From Actinomycetes bacterium (lineage in GTDB: Bacteria; Actinomycetota; Actinomycetes; DATJPE01): 64,000 nucleotides of DNA. Positions within the stretch are counted from its first letter, which is position 1; every line of letters starts with the position of its first letter. Location: NCBI GenBank assembly GCA_031430645.1, contig JANPBY010000101.1, forward strand, positions 6,112 through 70,111. Reading direction: 5' to 3'. The notes below the pieces were generated by a model. It was not told the DNA's origin and ran no database searches. It saw only the letters and a list, made by a program, of their open reading frames with translations. Of this stretch, positions 30,018-39,116 are shown in pieces. Made by a program: the position numbers and the translations under genes.

Positions 30018-30992
30018 GTGATCGTCGATTGCGCGCTTTATCGGGGCGGCCAACGGGTTGAGGAAACGCGAAATCTCGTGCGACTGGCGGCGCTCGCCCG
30101 CGCCGACCCCGATGCCTTCGTCTGGCTAGGCATGCACGACCCCACCGAGACCGACCTCGTCGGAGCAGCTCGGGTGTTCGGCCTGCATCAGCTCGCGGTC
30201 GAGGATGCCGTCGTCGCCCATCAGCGGCCCAAGCTCGAGGTCTACGACGACCACCTGTTCGCTGTGCTTCGTACCCTCTCCTACGACGAGTCGACCTCCC
30301 AGGTCGAGACCGGTGAGATCGCAGTCTTCCTAGGAGAGGACTTCGTCCTGACGGTGCGTCACGGAGCCGGCCAAGAACTCGCCTCGGTACGACGCCGACT
30401 CGAGGAACGCCGCGAGGTGCTGGCGCACGGCCCGGCCGCAGTGCTGTACGCCGTCGCCGATGCTGTGGTCGACACCTACCTGGAGGTGGCAGCGCTGCTC
30501 CAACTCGACGTCGATGAGGTCGAGACGAGCGTCTTCGGCGATGACGTCGTCGACGACTCCTCCAGGATCTACAACCTCAAACGTGAAGTCCTTGAGTTCC
30601 GACGTGCCGTCCTCCCGCTCCTGGCCGTGATCAGTCGCCTCCACGACGACTCCGTTGAGCACGTCCAGGCCTCCGCGCGTCCGTTCTTTCGTGACGTCGG
30701 GGATCACGTGCTCCGGGTAGCAGAGCAGCTCGAGTCGATGGATCTGCTGCTGTCGAGCATCTTGCAGGCACACGTCGCGCAGGTCGGCCTGCGACAGAAC
30801 GAGGACATGCGCAAGATCACGGCCTGGGCCGCCATCTTTGCCGTCCAAACGCTCATCGCGGGCATCTATGGCATGAACTTTCGTTACATGCCCGAGCTCG
30901 AGTGGCGCTACGGCTATCCGGCGGTGCTGCTGTTCATGCTGGCTACGGCCTTCGGCCTCTATCGGACGTTCCGTAAGGCTGGCTGGCTGTAG
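30018..30992 (+). CDS. corA: Magnesium/cobalt transporter CorA
   Basis: C-terminal two TM helices with the YGMNFRYMPE (GMN) signature. Confidence 0.88.
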   Translation: MIVDCALYRGGQRVEETRNLVRLAALARADPDAFVWLGMHDPTETDLVGAARVFGLHQLAVEDAVVAHQRPKLEVYDDHLFAVLRTLSYDESTSQVETGEIAVFLGEDFVLTVRHGAGQELASVRRRLEERREVLAHGPAAVLYAVADAVVDTYLEVAALLQLDVDEVETSVFGDDVVDDSSRIYNLKREVLEFRRAVLPLLAVISRLHDDSVEHVQASARPFFRDVGDHVLRVAEQLESMDLLLSSILQAHVAQVGLRQNEDMRKITAWAAIFAVQTLIAGIYGMNFRYMPELEWRYGYPAVLLFMLATAFGLYRTFRKAGWL

Positions 30993-31007
30993 GCATCCGG
31001 GGGCTGG

Positions 31008-31838
31008 TCATGATGTTGCCGCCCAGGTCCCGGTGGCGAGCAAGATCAGGGTGAGGATGCCGAGTGCCACGCGGTAGATCACGAACGGCATAAACGAGTG
31101 GTTCGACACGTAGCGCAGCAACCAGGCGATCACTGCGTAGCCCACCACGAAGGCGATGGCCGTGGCCAGAATCGTCTGTGGCCAGGCGACCGATTCGCCA
31201 GCGGCGCCGATCTTCCTTGCTTCATAGATTCCGGACAACAGAACCGCAGGCACCGAGAGCAAGAAGGAAAAGCGGGTCGCCGCCTCACGGGTGTACCCAA
31301 GGAAGAGACCCGCAGAAATCGAAGCCCCAGACCGCGAGACACCAGGCACGAGGGCGCAAGACTGGGCCAAGCCGAAGAGAACCCCGTCTCGCAAGGTCAG
31401 ATCCGACATCGTTCGAACGCGCGCCCCCGAGCGGTCAGCCACAGCCAGCACCAGGCCGACGACGATCATCATGACCCCGACCAGCCGCAGGTCACGGGCC
31501 ACGGTTTCGATCTGGGTCGAGAAGGCGAGCCCGAGCACGATGATCGGCAGGGTCCCGATGATGACGTACCACCCTTCTCGCGCAGAGATGTCGCCACGAA
31601 GTTCGGGGCGGAACAGCGATCGGCCCCAAACGCTGACGATCCGCACGATGTCGTCCCGGAAGTACAAGACGACCGCAGCGACAGTGCCCAGCTGGGTCAC
31701 GGCAGTGAAGGCCGCTCCGGGGTCCTCCCAGCCGAATGCCTCGCTCACGATCAGCAGGTGACCGCTCGAAGAGATGGGCAGGAACTCGGTCAGACCCTGG
31801 ATGACACCCAGGACCACCGCCTCGAGCCAACCGATCAC
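31008..31838 (-). CDS. uppP: Undecaprenyl-diphosphate phosphatase
   Basis: MIGWLEAVVLGVIQGLTEFLPISSSGHL… is the canonical BacA/UppP N-terminus with an 8-TM profile. Confidence 0.9.
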   Translation of the reverse strand: MIGWLEAVVLGVIQGLTEFLPISSSGHLLIVSEAFGWEDPGAAFTAVTQLGTVAAVVLYFRDDIVRIVSVWGRSLFRPELRGDISAREGWYVIIGTLPIIVLGLAFSTQIETVARDLRLVGVMMIVVGLVLAVADRSGARVRTMSDLTLRDGVLFGLAQSCALVPGVSRSGASISAGLFLGYTREAATRFSFLLSVPAVLLSGIYEARKIGAAGESVAWPQTILATAIAFVVGYAVIAWLLRYVSNHSFMPFVIYRVALGILTLILLATGTWAATS

Positions 31839-32902
31839 GTGGCTACCCCGGAGAGCTCGAGAGCACCTACCAGCGTCCGCAGCGTGGCGATGCGTTCGTC
31901 GAGAGACCCGGAGTAGGTGGCAACGGTGAGAGTGGTCACGCCCGCCTCTGCATAGGCCACGAGCCGGTCACTGACTCGCTCCGGCGGTCCGATGAGCGAG
32001 GTCTGGTCGATCAGCTCCTGGGGGACGGCTCCGGCTGCGCCCGCGTAGTCCTTCGCGAGGTAGCGGTCCTGGATCTCGATGGCAGCCGCCTCGTACCCCA
32101 TCCGGACCGCCAACGCGTTGTAGAAGTTCTGCTGACGGCTTCCCATTCCGCCGATGTACAGCGCGGCGTAGGCCCGAATCGGGCCGGCGCAGGCTTCGAG
32201 GTCGTCCCCGAGGACGACCGGCACGGTGGGCACGACATCGAACCCGTCCATCGACAGCCCAGCCCTCTCCCTACCGGTACGGATATGAACCAGGGACTCC
32301 TCGGCGTGCTCGGGAGCGTAGAAGATGGCCAGCCATCCGTCCGCGATCTCACCTGCTAGCTCGAGGTTCTTAGGACCAACGGCAGCGAGGTAGATCGGTA
32401 GATGGTCACGCACCGGGTGCACGGTCAGCCGAAGGGCCTTGCCCGGCCCGTCCGGCAACGGCAGCGTCCAATGCTCGCCCTCGAAGCGCACGGTCTCGCG
32501 AGCCAAGGCCTGGCCGACGATCGCTACGTACTCCCGGGTGCGGCCGAGCGGCTTGTCAAAGCGCACCCCGTGCCAGCCCTCGGACACTTGGGGGCCGGAG
32601 ACCCCCAGCCCGAGACGGAAGCGTCCCCCGGACAGAGTGTCGAGGGTGGCGGCTGTCATCGCGGTCATTGCTGGTGTGCGCGCAGGGATCTGGAAGATCG
32701 CGGACCCGATGTCGATGCGTTCGGTGTGGGCTGCGATCCATGACAGAACCGTCGCGGCGTCGGAGCCGTACGCCTCGGCAGCCCACACGACTGAGTACCC
32801 CAGCCGGTCAGCCTCCTGAGCCAGGACGAGATTGTCAGCGTCGTTGCCGGCGCCCCAGTAGCCGAGGTTGAGACCGAGCTTCACTGCACTCTCCTGACGC
32901 AT
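31835..32902 (-). CDS. LLM-class F420-dependent oxidoreductase (luciferase-like monooxygenase family)
   Basis: 355-aa TIM-barrel LLM sequence character (KLGLNLGYWG… and …GGRFRLGLGVSG…). Its 4-nt overlap with uppP suggests an operon. Confidence 0.75.
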   Translation of the reverse strand: MRQESAVKLGLNLGYWGAGNDADNLVLAQEADRLGYSVVWAAEAYGSDAATVLSWIAAHTERIDIGSAIFQIPARTPAMTAMTAATLDTLSGGRFRLGLGVSGPQVSEGWHGVRFDKPLGRTREYVAIVGQALARETVRFEGEHWTLPLPDGPGKALRLTVHPVRDHLPIYLAAVGPKNLELAGEIADGWLAIFYAPEHAEESLVHIRTGRERAGLSMDGFDVVPTVPVVLGDDLEACAGPIRAYAALYIGGMGSRQQNFYNALAVRMGYEAAAIEIQDRYLAKDYAGAAGAVPQELIDQTSLIGPPERVSDRLVAYAEAGVTTLTVATYSGSLDERIATLRTLVGALELSGVAT

Positions 32903-32952
32903 CGCCGTGTGGCGGCGAGATTAGCGTCCGCCACCTGGATAGCCTCGAGCGC

Positions 32953-33936
32953 ATGGACCAAAGAGCCCTTGGACGTACGGGCTTGCGCGTGTCGCGGCTC
33001 GGCCTGGGAACCATGACTTGGGGTCGTGACTCCGACGAGCACGAGGCTAGGGAGCAACTCACGCTGTTCGTCGAGGCCGGCGGCACGCTCGTGGACACAG
33101 CTGCGGCCTACGGCGCAGGTGTCAGCGAGGAAGTCCTGGGAACGCTGCTCGGCTCCGTCGTGCCCCGTTCTGAGCTGATCGTTGCCACGAAGGCCGGCAT
33201 CGCACGCTCGGGCGACGGTACTCGTTCGGTGGACACCTCTCGTCGCGCCCTCCTCGATGCCCTGGACGCCTCCTTGGCCCGGCTCGGCGTCGACCACGTC
33301 GACCTGTGGCAGGTTCACACGTGGAGCGCGGACACCCCGATCGAGGAAACCCTCGCAGCACTGGACACTGCGGTCGCCAGCGGGAGAACTCGCTACGTAG
33401 GAATCTCCAACTACTCCGGCTGGCAGACCGCTCAGGCGGTCACCTGGCAACAGGCGTGGCCGGGACGGGCGCTGATAGCCAGCACCCAGGTGGAGTACTC
33501 CCTTCTTCAGCGCGGTGTCGAGCGCGAGGTGCTCCCCGCTTGCCAGGCGCTCGGGCTCGGCCTGCTCCCGTGGTCCCCACTCGGGCGGGGCGTCCTGTCT
33601 GGGAAGTACCGCAACGGGATCCCCGCCGACAGTCGGGCGGCGTCCCCGCACTTCGCCTCGTTCGTGGAGCCCTTCCTCACGGGTTCCTCGCAGGCAATCG
33701 TCACCGCCGTGGCGACGGCCGCTGACGGACTGGGCCTGTCGCCGCTCGAGGTGGCCCTGGCGTGGGTACGTGATCGACCAGGTGTGACCTCGCCGATCGT
33801 GGGAGCACGTACCGCAGCCCAACTCAAGGGAATCCTTCCGGTCGAGGACCTCGAGTTGCCCGACGAGATCAGGGACGCCCTGGATGAAGTCTCAGCTCCG
33901 CCGTCGGGCTACCCCGACGACACGCGCCGCACCTGA
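32953..33936 (+). CDS. Aldo/keto reductase
   Basis: MDQRALGRTGLRVSRLGLGTMTWG…, the IDTAAAYG block and later AKR motifs. Confidence 0.8.
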   Translation: MDQRALGRTGLRVSRLGLGTMTWGRDSDEHEAREQLTLFVEAGGTLVDTAAAYGAGVSEEVLGTLLGSVVPRSELIVATKAGIARSGDGTRSVDTSRRALLDALDASLARLGVDHVDLWQVHTWSADTPIEETLAALDTAVASGRTRYVGISNYSGWQTAQAVTWQQAWPGRALIASTQVEYSLLQRGVEREVLPACQALGLGLLPWSPLGRGVLSGKYRNGIPADSRAASPHFASFVEPFLTGSSQAIVTAVATAADGLGLSPLEVALAWVRDRPGVTSPIVGARTAAQLKGILPVEDLELPDEIRDALDEVSAPPSGYPDDTRRT

Positions 33937-33971
33937 TGGGCGGGCGCACCGTCGAATGCAGATAATGGTCC

Positions 33972-34187
33972 ATGCGGCGGATCGCGACGGAGTACGAGTT
34001 CATCGAGTTGAGCTTTCCCCGTGGAACAACGCGTGAGGAATCGCGGCGTGCGCTGACCGAACGCGCCGAATACGGTTCGTGGGAGTTGGCCAGGCTGCGC
34101 TTGTACGCTGATGGCTCGCGTCGCGTATGGCTGAAACGGCTGATCATCAGACAGGGCCAGCGGGGCTGGATAGCAGCCAACGCATGA
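33972..34187 (+). CDS. Small conserved hypothetical protein
   Basis: 71-aa basic ORF (MRRIATEYEFIELSFPRGTTREESRRALTERAEYGSWELARLRLYADGSRRVWLKR). Coding-like composition. Confidence 0.4.
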   Translation: MRRIATEYEFIELSFPRGTTREESRRALTERAEYGSWELARLRLYADGSRRVWLKRLIIRQGQRGWIAANA

Positions 34188-34234
34188 TGGAGAAGCCGAT
34201 CCGCGAGCCGGAGCCGATCAGTTCGGAGGATCCG

Positions 34235-35488
34235 ATGATTCGCCCATTGCCGGCGGATGCGATCCTCCTGCACATTGGCATCCACAAGACCGGCACAACG
34301 GCCCTGCAGGGAGCCGCGAGTGCCTCCCGAGAGCCGCTGTCCACGTGCGGCACCACCTACCCGGGTAGGAGGAAGGATCACCACGCCGAGGCTATGGCCC
34401 TTGTCGACACGAAGGTGGGCTGGGAGACCGTCAGCACCCCTCGAAGAAACGCACAGATCTGGCGGAAGTTCGCTGACACGGTGTCCCAAACCGGCGGGCG
34501 GGTCCTGATCAGCAGCGAGTTCTTCTGTCAAGCGAACGACAAGCAGGCCCAGCGGGCCGTGGGGTCACTCGGTGCGGACAGGGTCCACGTTGTCCTCGGG
34601 CTACGACCCCTGGCCAAACTGCTGCCGTCCTCATGGCAGCAATACCTCAAGAACGGGCGAACGGGCAGCTACGAGAGTTGGCTCAAGCACGTCCTCGCTG
34701 ACCCGCCCGGCATGAAGCAGACGCCTTCCTTCTGGCTGCGAAACGATATCCCCGCTGTCCTTGATCGCTGGGCGGAGTTGATCGGACCCGACAGAATCAC
34801 TGCGGTCATGGTCGACCCAAATCACCGCGATCGGATGTCCGACACGGTTTGTACGCTGCTCGATCTGCCACCTCGCCTGCTCAGTGCGCAAACCCAAGGG
34901 ATCCGAAGCAACCGCGCCATGACCGGGGCAGAGGCCGAACTGATCCGCCAGGTGAACGTCGTGGCCAGACGGGAACTGAGCTCCCCGGACTACATCGCCC
35001 TCGTGCGAAACGGTGCGGCTCGGAGGATGGTCGAGGGCCGGACCCCCGGTCCGCTCGAGCGCGAACTCGGTCTTCCCGCGTGGACCGCGCCTCGATTGGC
35101 GGAGATAGGGGCAACGCACCTGTCGGCGCTGCGGTCGAGCGGAGTCCACATCGTCGGGGATCCCTCGATTCTGGCCGCCCCAGCCGACACCTCGGAACCG
35201 TCCCTCGCCACTGAGCTGCCGATCGATGCCGCAGTTCAGGCCCTGCTCGGCACCTTGCTCAAGGTGTCCACTGCAAAAGGAAATCGTACCGACGAACGAC
35301 TAGTCAGGGCCGTCAAATCGCGGAAGCTGGCCGAAGTCGCCTTGGTGCGTGCGAGGGCGAAGCTTCGCCTGGGCACCCGCGGGAGCCGCCGCAGAGCTGG
35401 GCGACCGCGGAAACTAGGTGGCACGACCGATACCACCTCAGGCCAGGTCGAAGAAGCGGTCGAGGACGCGCACTCCGAACTGGAGTGA
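34235..35488 (+). CDS. Sulfotransferase-family protein (PAPS-binding P-loop-like motif) with highly basic C-terminal tail
   Basis: The ATG at 34235 has a GGAGGA Shine-Dalgarno. The N-terminal LLHIGIHKTGTTALQ resembles the 5'-phosphosulfate-binding loop of sulfotransferases. The C-terminal 70 aa are Arg/Lys-rich. Confidence 0.5.
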   Translation: MIRPLPADAILLHIGIHKTGTTALQGAASASREPLSTCGTTYPGRRKDHHAEAMALVDTKVGWETVSTPRRNAQIWRKFADTVSQTGGRVLISSEFFCQANDKQAQRAVGSLGADRVHVVLGLRPLAKLLPSSWQQYLKNGRTGSYESWLKHVLADPPGMKQTPSFWLRNDIPAVLDRWAELIGPDRITAVMVDPNHRDRMSDTVCTLLDLPPRLLSAQTQGIRSNRAMTGAEAELIRQVNVVARRELSSPDYIALVRNGAARRMVEGRTPGPLERELGLPAWTAPRLAEIGATHLSALRSSGVHIVGDPSILAAPADTSEPSLATELPIDAAVQALLGTLLKVSTAKGNRTDERLVRAVKSRKLAEVALVRARAKLRLGTRGSRRRAGRPRKLGGTTDTTSGQVEEAVEDAHSELE

Positions 35489-36742
35489 GTCCACCGGCAC
35501 GCGCTCATCAACGCCGTGAAACATGCCAGCGAAGTCCAGGTCGGGAGGCAGCTGAAGGGGAGCAAACCCGAAGCAGCGGATCCCGAGCCTGGAGAACGCC
35601 TTGGCGTCCGTACCGCCAGAGAGTGTGTAGGGCACGGCCCGCGCCGCGGGGTCCTCAGCTTGTAGGGAGGCACACATCGCATCGACCAAAGCGCCGTCGA
35701 AGTCGGTTTCGAGAGCGATGTCGTGGATCACGAACTCGCGAGTGATGTCTGGGCCGAGCACTTCGTCGACTTGGGCAAAGAACTCGTCCTCAAAGCCCGG
35801 CAGGAACCGCCCGTCAACGAAGGCGTGAGCTTCACCCGGGATGACGTTGTGCTTGTAGCCTGCCTCCAGCATCGTTGGATTGACGGTGTTGCGAAGCGTC
35901 GCACCGATAATCGTCGAAAGCGCGCCGAGGCGCGCCACGGTCGCTTCCATGTCATCGGCGTCTAGCTCAATTCCGAGGGCGTCAGAAACCTCACCGAGAA
36001 ATGTTCGCACCGTCTTGGTGACCCGGATGGGGAACTGATGGCGTCCCAGTCGCGCGACCGCTTCACAGAGGTCGGTGACAGCGTTGTCGTGGTTGATCAT
36101 CGAGCCGTGACCGGCACGGCCAGTCGCTGTGAGCTTCATCCAGGCGATGCCCTTCTCGGCGGTTTCGACGAGATAGAGGCGAAGATCGTCCGACACAGTC
36201 AAGGAGAACCCTCCGACCTCGCCGATGGCCTCCGTACAGCCTTCGAAGACGTCTGGGTGATGGTCAACCAACCAGTGACCACCGAAGCGCCCGCCCGCCT
36301 CCTCGTCAGCCAGAAAGGCAAGCACAAGGTCGCGGTTCGGGGGCCGGCCTGCCCGAGATCGCTCACGAATGACGGCCAGAATCATTGCGTCCATGTCCTT
36401 CATGTCGACGGCGCCACGGCCCCAGACGCAGCCGTCGGCGACCTCCCCAGAGAATGGATCCACCTTCCACTGATCGGCAATCGCTGGAACGACGTCGAGG
36501 TGGCCATGCACAAGGAGCGCGTCTCTGTCTGGGTCGGTCCCCGCAATCCTGGCTATCACACTCGCTCGTCCGGGCGCGGACTCATAGAGCGTGCCCTGAA
36601 TGCCTACCTCGGCCAGGCTCGCCATGACGTACTCGGCCGCCGCTCGCTCCCCAGGCCCGGATCCGTCGCCGCGGTTGACGCTAGGAATCCTGATCAGGTC
36701 GCGGCAGATCTCGACGACCTCGTCCTCGGGTGTGGTGGTCAT
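35438..36742 (-). CDS. M20/M25/M40 family metallopeptidase (dipeptidase/ArgE/DapE-like)
   Basis: 434-aa protein with the metal-binding blocks (LLVHGHLDVVP…, WGRGAVDMKD…, …ADEEAGG…). Confidence 0.8.
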   Translation of the reverse strand: MTTTPEDEVVEICRDLIRIPSVNRGDGSGPGERAAAEYVMASLAEVGIQGTLYESAPGRASVIARIAGTDPDRDALLVHGHLDVVPAIADQWKVDPFSGEVADGCVWGRGAVDMKDMDAMILAVIRERSRAGRPPNRDLVLAFLADEEAGGRFGGHWLVDHHPDVFEGCTEAIGEVGGFSLTVSDDLRLYLVETAEKGIAWMKLTATGRAGHGSMINHDNAVTDLCEAVARLGRHQFPIRVTKTVRTFLGEVSDALGIELDADDMEATVARLGALSTIIGATLRNTVNPTMLEAGYKHNVIPGEAHAFVDGRFLPGFEDEFFAQVDEVLGPDITREFVIHDIALETDFDGALVDAMCASLQAEDPAARAVPYTLSGGTDAKAFSRLGIRCFGFAPLQLPPDLDFAGMFHGVDERVPVDSLQFGVRVLDRFFDLA

Positions 36743-36808
36743 AGCCCCATCTTGCCCGTGGCCAGTCGCTGGGGCACCCTTCCCGATGGGTATAGTTGGC
36801 GGGCACTC

Positions 36809-36894
36809 GTCCGGGTGGCGGAATTGGCAGACGCGCTAGCTTGAGGTGCTAGTGCCCTTTACCGGGCATGGGGGTTCAAGTCCCCCCTCGGACA
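36809..36894 (+). tRNA. tRNA-Leu (anticodon GAG)
   Basis: Manual fold: 7-bp acceptor stem GTCCGGG/CTCGGAC with one G-U pair; D arm GCG…CGC; anticodon stem CTAGC/GCTAG with loop TTGAGGT giving anticodon GAG; long variable arm typical of class II Leu; T arm GGGGG-TTCAAGT-CCCCC; discriminator A. CCA is not encoded. Confidence 0.85.
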
Positions 36895-37534
36895 CACGTT
36901 CCACGGACAGAGCCGCAGGCACGAGCCTGCGGCTCTGGTCATTCCCGGGTCCACGCAGCCTTGGACGGTCGGCGACTTCAGCCCAGCCGAACGCCGGAAG
37001 TCTTGGGCCACTCGACGGGTGTCCCCGCGGATTCCCGCGTCGTAGATTCGCACGGTGAGCCCTACCTTGGCTGAAGCGGCCGCCCGATGATTGCTGTTTT
37101 GTGGTTGAGCGCGCTCTTGGCCGCTGTCGCCGGCGCCGTCGAGATCAGCGGGGGTCGACCGATTCTCGGCGCAACGCTGATCGGCCTGGCCCTCCTCATC
37201 GGCCCCTGTGGGAGGCTCGTCCTCCGTGAGACATCCCGCCCGATTTTGAACGCCGTCCATGACTCCGCGACTCGAAAGCCGAGCCTTCGTGGGCGCTGAC
37301 GACGACCGCGGCTGCCCCGGCCACACCTGGCGGCTTACGGGAGGTGCCCGCGGCGCCAACGGAGCGCACGCTCAATACGAGTGCGAGTTATGCCACAGAG
37401 CGCTCTGGGTCTCCCCCGGCGATCTCCATCCCGCCGACATGGGAGGGTTCCCGCCCGTTGCCTGAGTGAAGGGACGAGGCCGCGCGTCTCCTGGTGTCAG
37501 ACTCTCGACACGAGGAACGACGAGAGGGCAGTCC

Positions 37535-39010
37535 ATGCTTGAGGCAGCAGGAGTCGGCAACCGACTGAGCAAGGCCGACTACAAGGCGATCGTGCCGCAA
37601 CTGCGGCTCGAACTCGTGGATGCCCAGTACGCACTCAAGAGTGCGGACTTTCCCGTCGTCGTCATTATTGCCGGCGACGACCGGGTCGCTGCCAACGAGA
37701 CCGTGAACAGGCTCAACGAGTGGCTCGATACCCGTTTGATCAGAACCCACGTGATGGCCGAACTGAACGAGGCGGAGCGCGACCGTCCGCGATTCTGGCG
37801 TTTGTGGCAGGCGATGCCGCCCAACGGGGGCATCGCTATCTGGGCAGGCGGGCTGTTCCGTCAGGTCACCGCCTATCTCAGGGGCGAGATTGACGGCGTC
37901 CAGCTCGAGACCTGGACCTCGCACCTGGAGAGCCTCCAGGATGACCTCGTCGCAGACGGTGCGCTCGTCGTCAAGTTCTTCCTCCACACACCGGCGGATG
38001 CTCAGCGCGTACGTCTGAAGCGGGCGCAGAGTGACCCGGCTCTGGGGTGGCGGGTCGACCAGCGGGATTGGGCGGCGCTCGACTCGCTCTCCAAAGCCAG
38101 ACCTGTCGTCGAGAGACTCCTCCGGCGGTTGTCGTTCCCTGGCTCTCCCTGGACCGTTGTTGAGGCCACCAACAGCAGGTACCGGGACGTAACCGTGGCT
38201 CGCACGCTGCTGAGTGCACTCACTTCACGGCTGGCCCAAGCTCCGTCACCCGCCATGCCTTCGATGCTCTCCGCCCCAGACGCCAATCAGGTCAGCGTTC
38301 TCGCCACAGTGGATCTGAGCGCAAGAGTCGAGAAGGAGCTTTATCGGAAGCGCCTGAACAAACTCCAGTCCAGACTTCATCGGCTGTCGCTCGAGGCGCG
38401 TGAGCGGGGGCTTTCCACAGTGCTGGCCTTCGAGGGTTGGGATGCCGCGGGCAAGGGTGGGGTCATCCGCCGAGTCACGCAATCGCTGGAGTCGGGCGAC
38501 TTCAGGGTGATCTCCACTGCAGCCCCGAGCGCCGAGGAACGTCGGTACCACTACTTGTGGAGGTTCTGGCGGGACCTGCCAGCGGCCGGCACCGTCGTCA
38601 TCTATGACCGCACCTGGTACGGCCGGGTACTCGTGGAGCGGGTCGAGGGATTCGCAACCGAGGCAGAGTGGCAGCGGGCGTATGACGAGATCAACGACTT
38701 CGAGGCGCAGATGGTTGAGCGCGGGTACCTCGTGCAGAAGTTTTGGTTGCACATCTCCCCCGACGAGCAGCTGGCGCGCTTCCAGGCCCGCGAGAACACG
38801 CCATACAAACAACACAAAATCACCGAGGAGGACTACCGCAACCGTGGCCGCTGGGCGGACTACGAGCGGGCCGTCGACCACATGGTGCTCCGCACCTCTA
38901 CGGAAGAAGCGCCCTGGTATCTCGTCTCCTCGAATGACAAGTTGCACGCCCGCATCGAGGTCCTCGAGAAAGTGACCGCCGGCCTGAAACTGGCCTTGCG
39001 CCGACTGTGA
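37535..39010 (+). CDS. Two-domain polyphosphate kinase 2 family protein (polyphosphate:AMP/nucleotide phosphotransferase type)
   Basis: About 490 aa with two PPK2 modules. The second has Walker A-like FEGWDAAGKGG and the conserved VIYDRTWYGRVLVERVEGF block. The ATG at 37535 has a GAGGG Shine-Dalgarno. Confidence 0.8.
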   Translation: MLEAAGVGNRLSKADYKAIVPQLRLELVDAQYALKSADFPVVVIIAGDDRVAANETVNRLNEWLDTRLIRTHVMAELNEAERDRPRFWRLWQAMPPNGGIAIWAGGLFRQVTAYLRGEIDGVQLETWTSHLESLQDDLVADGALVVKFFLHTPADAQRVRLKRAQSDPALGWRVDQRDWAALDSLSKARPVVERLLRRLSFPGSPWTVVEATNSRYRDVTVARTLLSALTSRLAQAPSPAMPSMLSAPDANQVSVLATVDLSARVEKELYRKRLNKLQSRLHRLSLEARERGLSTVLAFEGWDAAGKGGVIRRVTQSLESGDFRVISTAAPSAEERRYHYLWRFWRDLPAAGTVVIYDRTWYGRVLVERVEGFATEAEWQRAYDEINDFEAQMVERGYLVQKFWLHISPDEQLARFQARENTPYKQHKITEEDYRNRGRWADYERAVDHMVLRTSTEEAPWYLVSSNDKLHARIEVLEKVTAGLKLALRRL

Positions 39011-39116
39011 GTTCGCGCAAAAAGATTCTGGGCCGACGTCACCCATTTGCCACATCCCCGATTGCCCGACAGCCCACCCTCGCGCCATCCTGAGGACACA
39101 AGGGGTGGGGGAAGTC

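Noticed and set aside
36038-36844. 268-aa plus-strand ORF inside the M20 peptidase gene
   Set aside because: Antisense to a gene with clear peptidase motifs.
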